A stretch of 55,275 bases of DNA from Gammaproteobacteria bacterium (GTDB taxonomy: Bacteria > Pseudomonadota > Gammaproteobacteria > JABXHR01): contig JABXHR010000089.1 of the NCBI GenBank assembly GCA_013373515.1, positions 1-55,275 on the forward strand, in the 5' to 3' direction. Below are positions 36,243 to 45,021 of the stretch, piece after piece. Below the pieces are notes generated by a model, which saw only the letters and a list, made by a program, of their open reading frames with translations, was not told the origin of the DNA and did no database searches. Numbering within the stretch: position 1 is the stretch's first letter; every line of letters begins with the position of its first letter. The position numbers and the translations under genes are program-made.

Positions 36243-36749
36243 ATGTACCGCCACTTGCACCAATTTAGCCTTATTATCGTCGCCGCCTCATTGCCGGAAC
36301 TTATGGTCGGTTTGCAAGGTAGCGTGATCTCGGGATCGATTGCAGATTTTGCATTTGCGACCAGTGCCGCAGCAGCCATGCTTGGTTTGGTGTTCAAATG
36401 CAAAAACGTTAAAATCGTACTGCCTGCGCTGGTCGTTGGCCTGCTCCATGTGGTGCAGCCTCTACTCGAAGTTTTGATGATCGCTGCGATGCTGCAAGTC
36501 CTTGCCATCGCCATGCGCATCGCCAAGCCGCAATCGACATTTGGGCTGGTTCACAATTCAGTTGCGACGCTTGTCACATACTTTATTTTCAAACAAATCC
36601 TCACGATCGGGTTTGGATATCTTCACCTTAGTGTATGGGCGTTCACAGCGCTGTATTTGTTCACAATTTTAGGAGCTATTGCCTTGGTTTTGAACGTCTC
36701 CCACACCACACCACCTACAGCGGTGTGGCGCCCAGCACGCTCTTTTTAA
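36243..36749 (+). CDS. Orphan polytopic (about 5 TM) membrane protein, putative SOS-regulon member
   Basis: SD AAGGAG lies 6 nt upstream of the ATG. The protein is strongly hydrophobic and segmented, with no recognisable family motif. Confidence 0.65.
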   Translation: MYRHLHQFSLIIVAASLPELMVGLQGSVISGSIADFAFATSAAAAMLGLVFKCKNVKIVLPALVVGLLHVVQPLLEVLMIAAMLQVLAIAMRIAKPQSTFGLVHNSVATLVTYFIFKQILTIGFGYLHLSVWAFTALYLFTILGAIALVLNVSHTTPPTAVWRPARSF

Positions 36750-38101
36750 ATCAAAAAGAGCGTTGCCAACCCTAAGAAGCTCAAGAATCCAACCACATCG
36801 GTGACCGTTGTTAAGATCACTGCGCCAGAGAGCGCAGGGTCACTGCCGAATTTCTTCAACAACAACGGAATGCTCACACCCGCTAGGCTTGCAATCGACA
36901 GGTTTAGCGCAATTGCCGCAGCTATGACGAGTCCAAGCGCTAGGTCGCTAAACCAAACCATCGCCAGCAGCCCAATTGCACACGCCCATAGAAGGCCGTT
37001 AAAGAGCCCGACTGAGACTTCCTTGCGCAATAGGGCGAAAACATTGGAGCCATGTAATTGGCCAGTGGAAATCCCTCGAATGGTCAAAGTTAGCGTTTGA
37101 CTGCCCGAAATGCCGCCCATCGAGGCGACGATTGGCATCAGCACGGCAAGTGCCACGAGCTGCTCAATAGTGCCGCTGAAAACGTCGATCACCCATGCTG
37201 CGAGGATGGCGGTTAAAAGGTTGATACCCAGCCAAACCGCACGACGTTTGGCACTAGATACAGCGGGCGCAAAGAGATCTTCTTCGCCATCCATGCCGAC
37301 CCGGGCGAAAAGTGCCTCGTCAGCTTGTTCGCGAATGATGTCAACCACGTCATCAATTGTAATTCGACCGAGCAATGAGCCTTGTTCATCCAGCACCGGT
37401 ACTGAAATTAAATCATGGCGCTCAAACAAGCGAGCGACATCGTCCTCATGCCATCTGGCACCGACGGTGTCAAAATCGCGAAGAATGATTTCGTCGACTA
37501 AGGTATCGATTGGTTTTAATAGCAATTGTTCCAGTTTAAGAACGCCAATGAACTCTCCGTCAGCATCAATGACCATTAAGCAATCGGTGTGATCCGGTAG
37601 TTCGCCTTTTCGGCGCAGAAAACGTTGAACGACCTCTAGGGTGACGCCGGCCTTGACCACGATGGCGTCGTAACGCATCAATCGCCCTGCGTCGTCATCG
37701 TCAAATTGCATATTTGATTCGAATTGAACCCTGACGGCGTCATCCAAGCTATCGATAATCGATTGCGAGGTCTCGTCAGACAGCGGCTCAAGGAGCTCGA
37801 TAAGGTCGTCTGCGTCAAGGTCTTGCGCAGCCTGGGCAAGTTCCTCAGGGTCCATGTCAGCGACCAACGATGAGCGAACTTCTTCCGAAAGCTCTACAAG
37901 GACTTCGCCATCATATTCTTTTGGGATGCGCTCCCATATGGGCGTGCGAATTTCGCGAGGCAATCCCTCGATCAGGGATGCAAGGTCGGCGGGGTGTGAG
38001 GTGCGCAGTAATTCATCTAAGCGTTCAAATTGCCCAGTTTTGTAGAACTCAATAACGTCATCTTGACGAATTTCGTAGGAAATAGTGGTCTCAGTGCTCA
38101 C
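36746..38101 (-). CDS. mgtE: Magnesium transporter MgtE
   Basis: It has the MgtE N-domain, a CBS pair and C-terminal TMs with the GN..Q / D..G pattern. 451 aa. Confidence 0.92.
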   Translation of the reverse strand: MSTETTISYEIRQDDVIEFYKTGQFERLDELLRTSHPADLASLIEGLPREIRTPIWERIPKEYDGEVLVELSEEVRSSLVADMDPEELAQAAQDLDADDLIELLEPLSDETSQSIIDSLDDAVRVQFESNMQFDDDDAGRLMRYDAIVVKAGVTLEVVQRFLRRKGELPDHTDCLMVIDADGEFIGVLKLEQLLLKPIDTLVDEIILRDFDTVGARWHEDDVARLFERHDLISVPVLDEQGSLLGRITIDDVVDIIREQADEALFARVGMDGEEDLFAPAVSSAKRRAVWLGINLLTAILAAWVIDVFSGTIEQLVALAVLMPIVASMGGISGSQTLTLTIRGISTGQLHGSNVFALLRKEVSVGLFNGLLWACAIGLLAMVWFSDLALGLVIAAAIALNLSIASLAGVSIPLLLKKFGSDPALSGAVILTTVTDVVGFLSFLGLATLFLI

Positions 38102-38235
38102 GGCGCGCCCTAACCAAAGTTAATCCGTCATTGTATAAGAAAGCGGGTCGAATTGTTTGTGGACGCTACGTTGAGGTACAGAGTTTGGGCGATGAGCCGC
38201 CGCAGAGTGCGGTCGGCTGGTTGTCTAGGTTGATG

Positions 38236-39225
38236 TTATGCGGCTGAAGATTCGTTGGCTTCTTCTACGCTGCCGCCGTTAGCCTCGATTTCAGCCACTT
38301 CCATGGCGTGAGAAATCCATTTGTCGGCCAATTCAACCACCTTGCCAATTTGTGGCTTCGCAAGCTGCTCGTTGGCACCCACTTTTTCGCCTTTCTTTCG
38401 GTTGTCATCCGAGATCAGTGAGCTGAACAAAATTACAGGAATGTCCTTGGTGCGCGGGTCGGATTTGATGTTGCGTGTCAAGGCGAGTCCGTCCATCAAT
38501 GGCATTTCGATGTCGGTGACCACAACATCTGGTTTTAAGCCCTGTTTGAGGTCGTTTTGAATCATCTCCCAGCATTCCGCACCATTGGAGAATGCCGTGA
38601 GGTTGGTGTAGCCGCTGGTGCGAAGTGTGAGGGCAATTGATTTACGGATAGACGCGGAATCGTCTGCAATAAATACACGATGACGTGGACGGTCAACTTG
38701 GAACTCGGTCACGCCGACTTTCTCAGCAGACGACATGGTTTTGAATAACTTGGCGTAAATTGATTCAAAGTCGAGCATGGGGATCAAGCGATCATTGAGT
38801 TTCAAAATGCCAGTAACCTGTGCAGAGGAGGAGCCCTCGGTGGCGCCTTGTACTTCAGGCATCGGTTGAATCTGGTTCCAGCTGGCTCGGAAAATTTGCT
38901 CAACCCCTTCAACCAAAAAGGCCGATCTTGCTTCACTGAATTCAGTCACAATCACGCAGTGCTTACGTCGATCAGTGATCTTCATTTCTATTTCGAAGAA
39001 GTTGTGCAGGCTGATTAAGGGAAGCGTCGAACCGCGTAGGCTGATCATGCCAAGCATCGCAGGGGGTTGATCCGGGCAGCTCGTCACCTCGGTGGGCGTA
39101 ATAATCTCGCGAACCTTTGCCACGTTGACGCCATATGACTCTTCGCCCAACTTAAACAGAAGGACCTCAAATTCATTGGTGCCTGATTCGAGAAGAATGC
39201 CACTATCGTTCGGTGCTTTTGCCAT
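38236..39225 (-). CDS. cheV: Chemotaxis coupling protein CheV (CheW domain plus receiver)
   Basis: An N-terminal CheW-like domain is followed by a REC domain with VVTDIEMPLMDG. Confidence 0.9.
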   Translation of the reverse strand: MAKAPNDSGILLESGTNEFEVLLFKLGEESYGVNVAKVREIITPTEVTSCPDQPPAMLGMISLRGSTLPLISLHNFFEIEMKITDRRKHCVIVTEFSEARSAFLVEGVEQIFRASWNQIQPMPEVQGATEGSSSAQVTGILKLNDRLIPMLDFESIYAKLFKTMSSAEKVGVTEFQVDRPRHRVFIADDSASIRKSIALTLRTSGYTNLTAFSNGAECWEMIQNDLKQGLKPDVVVTDIEMPLMDGLALTRNIKSDPRTKDIPVILFSSLISDDNRKKGEKVGANEQLAKPQIGKVVELADKWISHAMEVAEIEANGGSVEEANESSAA

Positions 39226-39339
39226 AGCCTTGCCATTAGTTTTGGTGTTGATGTCCTGTTATTAGCGGCGGGCAAAATCCCAACTTAAGCCGCTCTGATC
39301 TGTTGTGAATACTGTGTCAATCAAATTGATGATCTCAGG

Positions 39340-40380
39340 CTACTGAAGTACGAAGGTAGCGGTCATTCGAGTATCACCTCGGAAAAAGGTAAGTGCTTTT
39401 TGTTGATTAGGACGCAATGTCCGCAAGATAGCAAGTGCTTGGCTTGGGTTGCTGACGCTGCGCTGGTCGATGCTGGTGATCAAATCTCCGGGTTCAAGCC
39501 CGGCGAGGTCAGCGGCTGAACCAATTCGTATATTCTCGATCAGTGCTCCATTTTGATTCGGCAAATCCAGCATTTGGCGCAATCGTGGTGTAGCTTCGCG
39601 AAGCGTAACTCCGAGCTTGCCCCGCTTGACTTGTCCGTGGCGCTTTAGGTCATCGACGACTTGCAAAACAAGGTTGATTGGTACGGCAAATCCAATTCCG
39701 ACATTGCCGCCAGAGGGGCCTATGATTGCGGTGTTGATGCCGATAAGCTGGCCTTGCAGGTTTACCAAAGCGCCACCTGAGTTTCCCGGGTTGATGGCGG
39801 CATCGGTTTGAATGAAGCCAGCAATATTTTCCAAGCTGGTCTCGTTGCGATTTAGAGCGCTGATGATGCCGCTGGTAACTGTTTGACCAATGCCGAATGG
39901 ATTGCCAATGGCGACCACGAAGTCGCCGACCTCGGCGTCGTCGGAATCGCCTGCCCGCAGCGCATGCGTCAGCGGTCGGTTGACGCGAAGTAGCGCAATG
40001 TCAGTTTCACGATCACTACCGACGATGGATGCATTGAGTGTCTCCCCATCTTGGAAGTTGACAGAGATTTCTTGCGAGTTTTGCACTACATGATGATTGG
40101 TGACGATCAATCCGTTGTCCGCATCGATTACCACACCGCTGCCAAGGCTTTGGGTTGGTCGGTAAACACGGCGGCCGCCAAAGAATTGTCCGAAAAACGG
40201 GTCCCGGCTAAGGGGTGTAATGGCGGTCTCGACGCCACGAGTTGATATGTTGACAACGGCAGGGGTTACAGACTTGAGCATTGGCGCAAGGCTTTGTTGT
40301 GCCATGATCTCAGCTGGGATATTTCCGGCCAGTGCGAGGGGGGCAAATAGCCCCCAAAACATAAACGCTCGGAAAAGCAC
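39340..40380 (-). CDS. degS: HtrA-family serine endoprotease with one PDZ domain (DegS/AlgW-like)
   Basis: The catalytic triad is present (TNHHVV, DIALL, GNSGGAL) with a single PDZ. The GTG start follows AGGAGA. Confidence 0.8.
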   Translation of the reverse strand: MLFRAFMFWGLFAPLALAGNIPAEIMAQQSLAPMLKSVTPAVVNISTRGVETAITPLSRDPFFGQFFGGRRVYRPTQSLGSGVVIDADNGLIVTNHHVVQNSQEISVNFQDGETLNASIVGSDRETDIALLRVNRPLTHALRAGDSDDAEVGDFVVAIGNPFGIGQTVTSGIISALNRNETSLENIAGFIQTDAAINPGNSGGALVNLQGQLIGINTAIIGPSGGNVGIGFAVPINLVLQVVDDLKRHGQVKRGKLGVTLREATPRLRQMLDLPNQNGALIENIRIGSAADLAGLEPGDLITSIDQRSVSNPSQALAILRTLRPNQQKALTFFRGDTRMTATFVLQ

Positions 40381-40388
40381 GTATTCTC

Positions 40389-41810
40389 CTAATCAGATAA
40401 TTCGACGGTGATAAATCGGCGATTACCCTCTCTGACCAGAAGAACAGCGATGGGCTTTTCCGTAGGTGCATCAGAAACTGCATCTTCTAAATCTTTCGCG
40501 GAGTTGAGTTTTACGCGATTAAATCGAAGTAATACATCGCCAACTTTAATATCTGCATAGAAAGCAGGTGAATTTTCAGCAACTTCTGAAACCAGTAGTC
40601 CTGACTCTAAATCGAGCTCAATCTTTTGTTCGTCATTGAGTTCAGAAACGTTAACGCCAAATGAATTAAATTCGGGTTTCTGGTTTAGATTGTTCGCAAG
40701 AAGATTTTGATACTTATCTTCAGTCAATTCTCCAAGTTCAATTTGGATTTCGCGAGTGTCGCCATCGCGTAATATTTCGAGTGTCACGTTCTTGCCAACG
40801 GGCGTGGCACCGACAATCCTTGGTAGATCATTTGATGACGCGACTTCTTTGCCGTCAAACTTCAAGATGATGTCGCCAACCTCTAGTTCAGATTCATCCG
40901 AAGGTCCGCCGACTACGATGTCGGCGACTAGGGCGCCACGCTGACGATCCATGTCGAACGACTCTGCTAGTTTCTCTGATACAGGCTGAATGGTGACGCC
41001 GAGCCAGCCCCGACTGACATAGCCTTGGCGTTTCAATTGCTCGACGACTTGGCTGACTACATTTGAGGGGATTGCAAATGATAACCCCATAAAGCCGCCT
41101 GAGCGGGTGTAAATCTGTGAGTTAACCCCGACAACATGCCCAGATAGATCAAATAGAGGGCCTCCTGAGTTTCCGGGATTTACGGCGACGTCGGTCTGGA
41201 TAAACGGTACATAGCTATCGCCGGGCATTTCGCGAGCCAGTGCAGACACAATCCCTTTTGTAGCACTGTAATCGAAAACACCAAATGGTGAACCAATTGC
41301 GAGAACCCACTGTCCCACTTTTAGGTTATCGGAGTCCCCGAGTTTTACGTAATCAAGATCAGTTTTATTGATTTTCACTAATGCAACATCTGTCCTGGTA
41401 TCCAAGCCAATCAATGCGCCTTCGACTTCTGTGTCGTCAGGAAATTGAACGGTTATTTTGTCACCACCTTCAACGACGTGAGCATTCGTCACAATAAATC
41501 CGTCATCACTGATTACAAACCCAGATCCGACCCCTTCTCCGCCAAATGGTGGGCTACCTGGCGCATTTTCAAAGAATTTTCTTAATGAATCAGGCATGGA
41601 ATCTGGAACAACCATTTGATTTGATGGTTTTCCTTCGGTTTCGATGGTAATCTTGACCACGGCTGAGCCGACGGATTCGACCAATGCGCTGAAATCAGGG
41701 AATTGCTCGTCTGCGTGAGAGAGCGTGCTGGCCAAACTGAGGAATGTCCCAAAAGCAATAATCATGAATAGCTTGGCGGGATTTACTAGGCGGTGGTTCA
41801 TATTGAGCAT
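40389..41810 (-). CDS. degQ: HtrA-family periplasmic serine endoprotease with two PDZ domains (DegQ/DegP/MucD-like)
   Basis: It has a signal peptide, the catalytic triad (TNAHVV, DVALVK, GNSGGPL) and two PDZ domains. Confidence 0.88.
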   Translation of the reverse strand: MLNMNHRLVNPAKLFMIIAFGTFLSLASTLSHADEQFPDFSALVESVGSAVVKITIETEGKPSNQMVVPDSMPDSLRKFFENAPGSPPFGGEGVGSGFVISDDGFIVTNAHVVEGGDKITVQFPDDTEVEGALIGLDTRTDVALVKINKTDLDYVKLGDSDNLKVGQWVLAIGSPFGVFDYSATKGIVSALAREMPGDSYVPFIQTDVAVNPGNSGGPLFDLSGHVVGVNSQIYTRSGGFMGLSFAIPSNVVSQVVEQLKRQGYVSRGWLGVTIQPVSEKLAESFDMDRQRGALVADIVVGGPSDESELEVGDIILKFDGKEVASSNDLPRIVGATPVGKNVTLEILRDGDTREIQIELGELTEDKYQNLLANNLNQKPEFNSFGVNVSELNDEQKIELDLESGLLVSEVAENSPAFYADIKVGDVLLRFNRVKLNSAKDLEDAVSDAPTEKPIAVLLVREGNRRFITVELSD

Positions 41811-41938
41811 CGTTTACCTCAACAAAATAATTGCATAAATAGCTGATATTGATTGCAACAGTCTACGCCCTTCCAAGGGGTAAAGGCAGGTAAAACAATG
41901 TGTTCCGGAGAGTAAAAGTTCAAGGGAGTTGACGATAA

Positions 41939-42640
41939 ATGGACGTACTGTTGATAGAGGACGATGTTGATGCGGCGAAAGCCCTCCGGCAGAGCCTCAA
42001 TCGCGTCGGTAATGGCGGCGAATTCAAATTAGATATAGCGTACAACGGAGAAGACGGCCTTCGTAAGGGTAAGAAGAATGCCTATGACGTCATTATAGTG
42101 GACCGGATGTTGCCGGAATTGGATGGCTTGGAGGTCATTGCACGCTTGCGTCAAGCAGGTGTCATGACACCTACTTTGGTACTCAGCGCACTCGAATCAT
42201 TGGAAGATCGTGTCGCCGGGTTAAAAGCAGGTGCAGACGACTATGTCCCCAAGCCTTATGAGCTTATCGAATTGGTAGCGAGGATGCGGGCACTTAGGCG
42301 CCGTGCGACCCCTTCGGAGCAGTCGATGATCTTACGTTGTGGAGATTTGGTCATCGATTTGCTTCGCCAGTCAGTTGCACGAGGCGATATGCACATCGAC
42401 TTGCAGCCGAAAGAGTTTCGATTGCTCGAATACCTCATGCGCCATTCAGGCCAGATCGTAACGCGCGGCATGCTGTTAGAGCATGTGTGGGGCTATGAGT
42501 TTGATCCGCACACCAACGTGATTGACGTGCAAATTTCGCGATTAAGGGCGAAAATTGACAAAGATTTCGAATATCCCTTGCTGCAAACCGTCAGAGGTCA
42601 GGGATATCGATTGACTGCTGGGCCTAGCTACATTCGTTAG
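41939..42640 (+). CDS. OmpR-family response regulator
   Basis: REC domain (VIIVDRMLPELDG) plus a winged-helix output domain (VRGQGYRL). Confidence 0.9.
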   Translation: MDVLLIEDDVDAAKALRQSLNRVGNGGEFKLDIAYNGEDGLRKGKKNAYDVIIVDRMLPELDGLEVIARLRQAGVMTPTLVLSALESLEDRVAGLKAGADDYVPKPYELIELVARMRALRRRATPSEQSMILRCGDLVIDLLRQSVARGDMHIDLQPKEFRLLEYLMRHSGQIVTRGMLLEHVWGYEFDPHTNVIDVQISRLRAKIDKDFEYPLLQTVRGQGYRLTAGPSYIR

Positions 42641-42642
42641 TT

Positions 42643-43614
42643 ATGCTTGGCAAAAAGTTCAGCCCCAGCTCTGGGGCTGTCTCTTGGCGATGGTTTAAAT
42701 GGCAGCTCTACGCGGTCCTGATGATTGCCCCATTACTGTTGGTGTCTGCCTACATATATGCGCACTGGCTGACCGACACGCTCCCTTCTGATACGGCATT
42801 TCAAGTTAAGGTTCACTGGCTCGGGCTGGGTGCTGCCCTCGGGCTCGTTGGATGGTATTTTGCAATGCGTCGTCTCAACGCAAAGCTGAAGCAGGTTGCC
42901 GTTAGCGTAGATCTTCATCAGCGCGTACTGAGCCGTATCAGCACGCAGAAATTTGACAGCTTCGGCGCGAAAGTGGCCCACGATCTGAAGCGTCCATTGG
43001 CTAGTTTGGTGGATCAAACCACCTTGGCACTGTTGGAAGAAAACCCCTCTCGTCGCTCGACTCAGCTCGAGCAAATCAAGCGCGATACCGTTGCGCTAGG
43101 CAAGACGTTCGACGCTATCTTGGATATTCATCGATACCAAGCCAAGCAAGTGAGGCCGGAGCTAAAACCGGTCGAGTTGTTGCCACTGTGTATCGAATTG
43201 AAGTCAGTCTATGACGATGTCTTGCAAGCTAACAAGATGCTACTTGGGATTGATGTTAAGCAGACCTTGACGGTGTTGGGCAACGCCAGTCTTTTAGTGC
43301 GGGCGTTGAGTAACTTAATCGAAAATTGCATTCATCACTGCCCGGCCGGGACTTGCGTTGAACTCGTGGTGTTTGAATCGAAAAATCGTGCGGTGATCGG
43401 CGTTCGTGATGACGGCAACGGTATCGATGAAGGCAGTATTGATTTGATTTTTGAGCAGTTTGTCAGCCTAGAGTCTTGCCGACAAACCGAAGGCAATGGT
43501 TTGGGTTTGAGTATGGTCAAAGCGGTGGTTGAGCTGATGAATGGCGACATAAAAGTCGAGAACCGTGTGCCGCGTGGTGTGCAGTTTTTGATGTCATTCC
43601 CGATCTTGCGCTAG
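42643..43614 (+). CDS. Sensor histidine kinase with a minimal extracytoplasmic loop
   Basis: Two TMs are separated by about 15 residues. H-box AHDLKRPLASL, N-box NLIENCIHH and G-boxes DDGNGI and GNGLGLS are present. Confidence 0.85.
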   Translation: MLGKKFSPSSGAVSWRWFKWQLYAVLMIAPLLLVSAYIYAHWLTDTLPSDTAFQVKVHWLGLGAALGLVGWYFAMRRLNAKLKQVAVSVDLHQRVLSRISTQKFDSFGAKVAHDLKRPLASLVDQTTLALLEENPSRRSTQLEQIKRDTVALGKTFDAILDIHRYQAKQVRPELKPVELLPLCIELKSVYDDVLQANKMLLGIDVKQTLTVLGNASLLVRALSNLIENCIHHCPAGTCVELVVFESKNRAVIGVRDDGNGIDEGSIDLIFEQFVSLESCRQTEGNGLGLSMVKAVVELMNGDIKVENRVPRGVQFLMSFPILR

Positions 43615-44943
43615 CCAGCGTTCTATTGAGGGCGCACTGAGCTTTAGGCAACAAATGCGTCCCGAGTTCGCAGTAGGATTGGTAAAGCTAATATAAACAT
43701 TGTCTGAATTATCTTTGGCCATTGCCGGGTAGCCGTAGCTCTCGCTGGGATGCGACAGTAAGCGTTTGAGTGGTTGCCAATGCCCACCGGAGTACCAACC
43801 CAAGGCGAGACAGCGCCGGTCGGTTTCGGAATCGTTGTAAACGCATAGCGCTGTATCGCGCCAGGCTATGGCATCTGCAGCAGTCGCAGGACTGGGGAGC
43901 GAGGTCGCCATGACTGGGCTCCAGGTTTGTCCGGCGTCTGAAGACTCTGCGCTGAGGATGCGCTTGGGTGGAAAGCCATTGTTACGCATCAAGCAAACGA
44001 GTTTGTTTTCCACGTCAACCAAGGTCGGTTGGATAGCGAGCATCGCTGTAAGCGGAGGCTGTGCTTTCCAACTGCCATCGTCACAGCGTTCAAAAATTTG
44101 CGAGTATCCCAAGTGATCAGAGTAAAGCGGCAACAGAACTTTGCCTTGGCAAACCAGGGGTGAATAGCGTGTTTGCCAGCCGTCCTGCAAAGTGATTGGG
44201 TGGCTGTGTTTGGGGTAGAGCCAGTAGGGTGCCGCGTCGTGCTTGCCACTACAAACATCGGCTTGGTGTTGGGCAAAGTGTTTGGCAAACCAACCAATGG
44301 CCAGTGATAGTGGGCGTCTCATCAAGCTCCGATCCAGATTGAGTCGGATCTCTTGTTCATGGCGTCGTCTGCCGATCACCCATGGTGTCGAAAAAGACGC
44401 CGGCCAGAGCAGACGAAAATTTTGCCAAAAGCGCTGCTTAAATTGCTCAGGGTAATCAGGATCAAAAACCAAGTTTAAGTCTGTAGCAGATTGCCACTGC
44501 CACTGATCATCGGCCCAAATAGCGTCAATTTGCGCTGCGACGGCGGAGGCCCAAGTTTTGTTGGCTATTCGATGGAAGAAAACGGTGAGTTTGTCATTAT
44601 CTATCCAAAGCACAGGGTTAATGTCGGCTTGCCCGGGGGTGTTGTGAATCACAACTGGCTTGTCCCAGTGCTCACCATCATCTGATTGGCTAAAACACAA
44701 ATGCACATCCGGACGGTTGCGCTCACCAGTGCCCTTAAACCATACGCAGCCCAAGCGCCCGTTGGGCAGATAGGCAATAGACGAGCCGTGCAGATGCAAG
44801 TCCTCCGCTTGATCGACCACTGTCGCAGTTACGGTTGCAAACCGCTCGACAGGAGGCTTTGGTCGTATGTGCAGCGCCACCCACAGCACAATGGCAATCA
44901 ACACAAATAATGGCGTGGCAACAATGGCGAATAGCCAGATCAT
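43594..44943 (-). CDS. Membrane-anchored BNR/Asp-box (sialidase-fold) protein
   Basis: It has an N-terminal TM, one canonical Asp-box (SSDAGQTW) and one degenerate Asp-box (SQSDDGEHW). Confidence 0.55.
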   Translation of the reverse strand: MIWLFAIVATPLFVLIAIVLWVALHIRPKPPVERFATVTATVVDQAEDLHLHGSSIAYLPNGRLGCVWFKGTGERNRPDVHLCFSQSDDGEHWDKPVVIHNTPGQADINPVLWIDNDKLTVFFHRIANKTWASAVAAQIDAIWADDQWQWQSATDLNLVFDPDYPEQFKQRFWQNFRLLWPASFSTPWVIGRRRHEQEIRLNLDRSLMRRPLSLAIGWFAKHFAQHQADVCSGKHDAAPYWLYPKHSHPITLQDGWQTRYSPLVCQGKVLLPLYSDHLGYSQIFERCDDGSWKAQPPLTAMLAIQPTLVDVENKLVCLMRNNGFPPKRILSAESSDAGQTWSPVMATSLPSPATAADAIAWRDTALCVYNDSETDRRCLALGWYSGGHWQPLKRLLSHPSESYGYPAMAKDNSDNVYISFTNPTANSGRICCLKLSAPSIERWLAQDRE

Positions 44944-45021
44944 GGCAAAACCGAGGCATAATGATGCCCTTAGTGTAGCGATCCGCTTTTGGGTCGTGTT
45001 TACAATTAGATGGAGAAATCG

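Noticed and set aside
36218-36526. 102-aa minus-strand ORF antisense to the SOS-boxed membrane gene
   Set aside because: It has no SD and a low-complexity Ala/Thr/Ile composition typical of a shadow frame. The LexA boxes and the AAGGAG SD are oriented for the plus-strand ORF.
36243-36749. Possibility that the SOS-boxed membrane protein is a YdjM (DUF457) homologue, the known LexA-regulated inner-membrane protein of E. coli
   Set aside because: By-eye comparison finds none of the DUF457 hallmarks (PDIDH, GHRGFTHS, SHILAD). Only the regulatory logic is similar. A profile search is still needed.
40389-41810. Impression that degQ is AT-richer than its neighbours, which might indicate horizontal acquisition
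   Set aside because: Hand counts on several 60-nt lines ranged from 38 to 57% GC and averaged close to the rest of the window. This is not robust without a proper sliding-window calculation.
41811-41938. Sigma-E/AlgU-type promoter for degQ (a GAACTT hexamer on the minus strand near 41915-41920)
   Set aside because: No TCTGA- or TCCAA-like -10 element lies at 16-17 nt spacing, so a single hexamer is not evidence.
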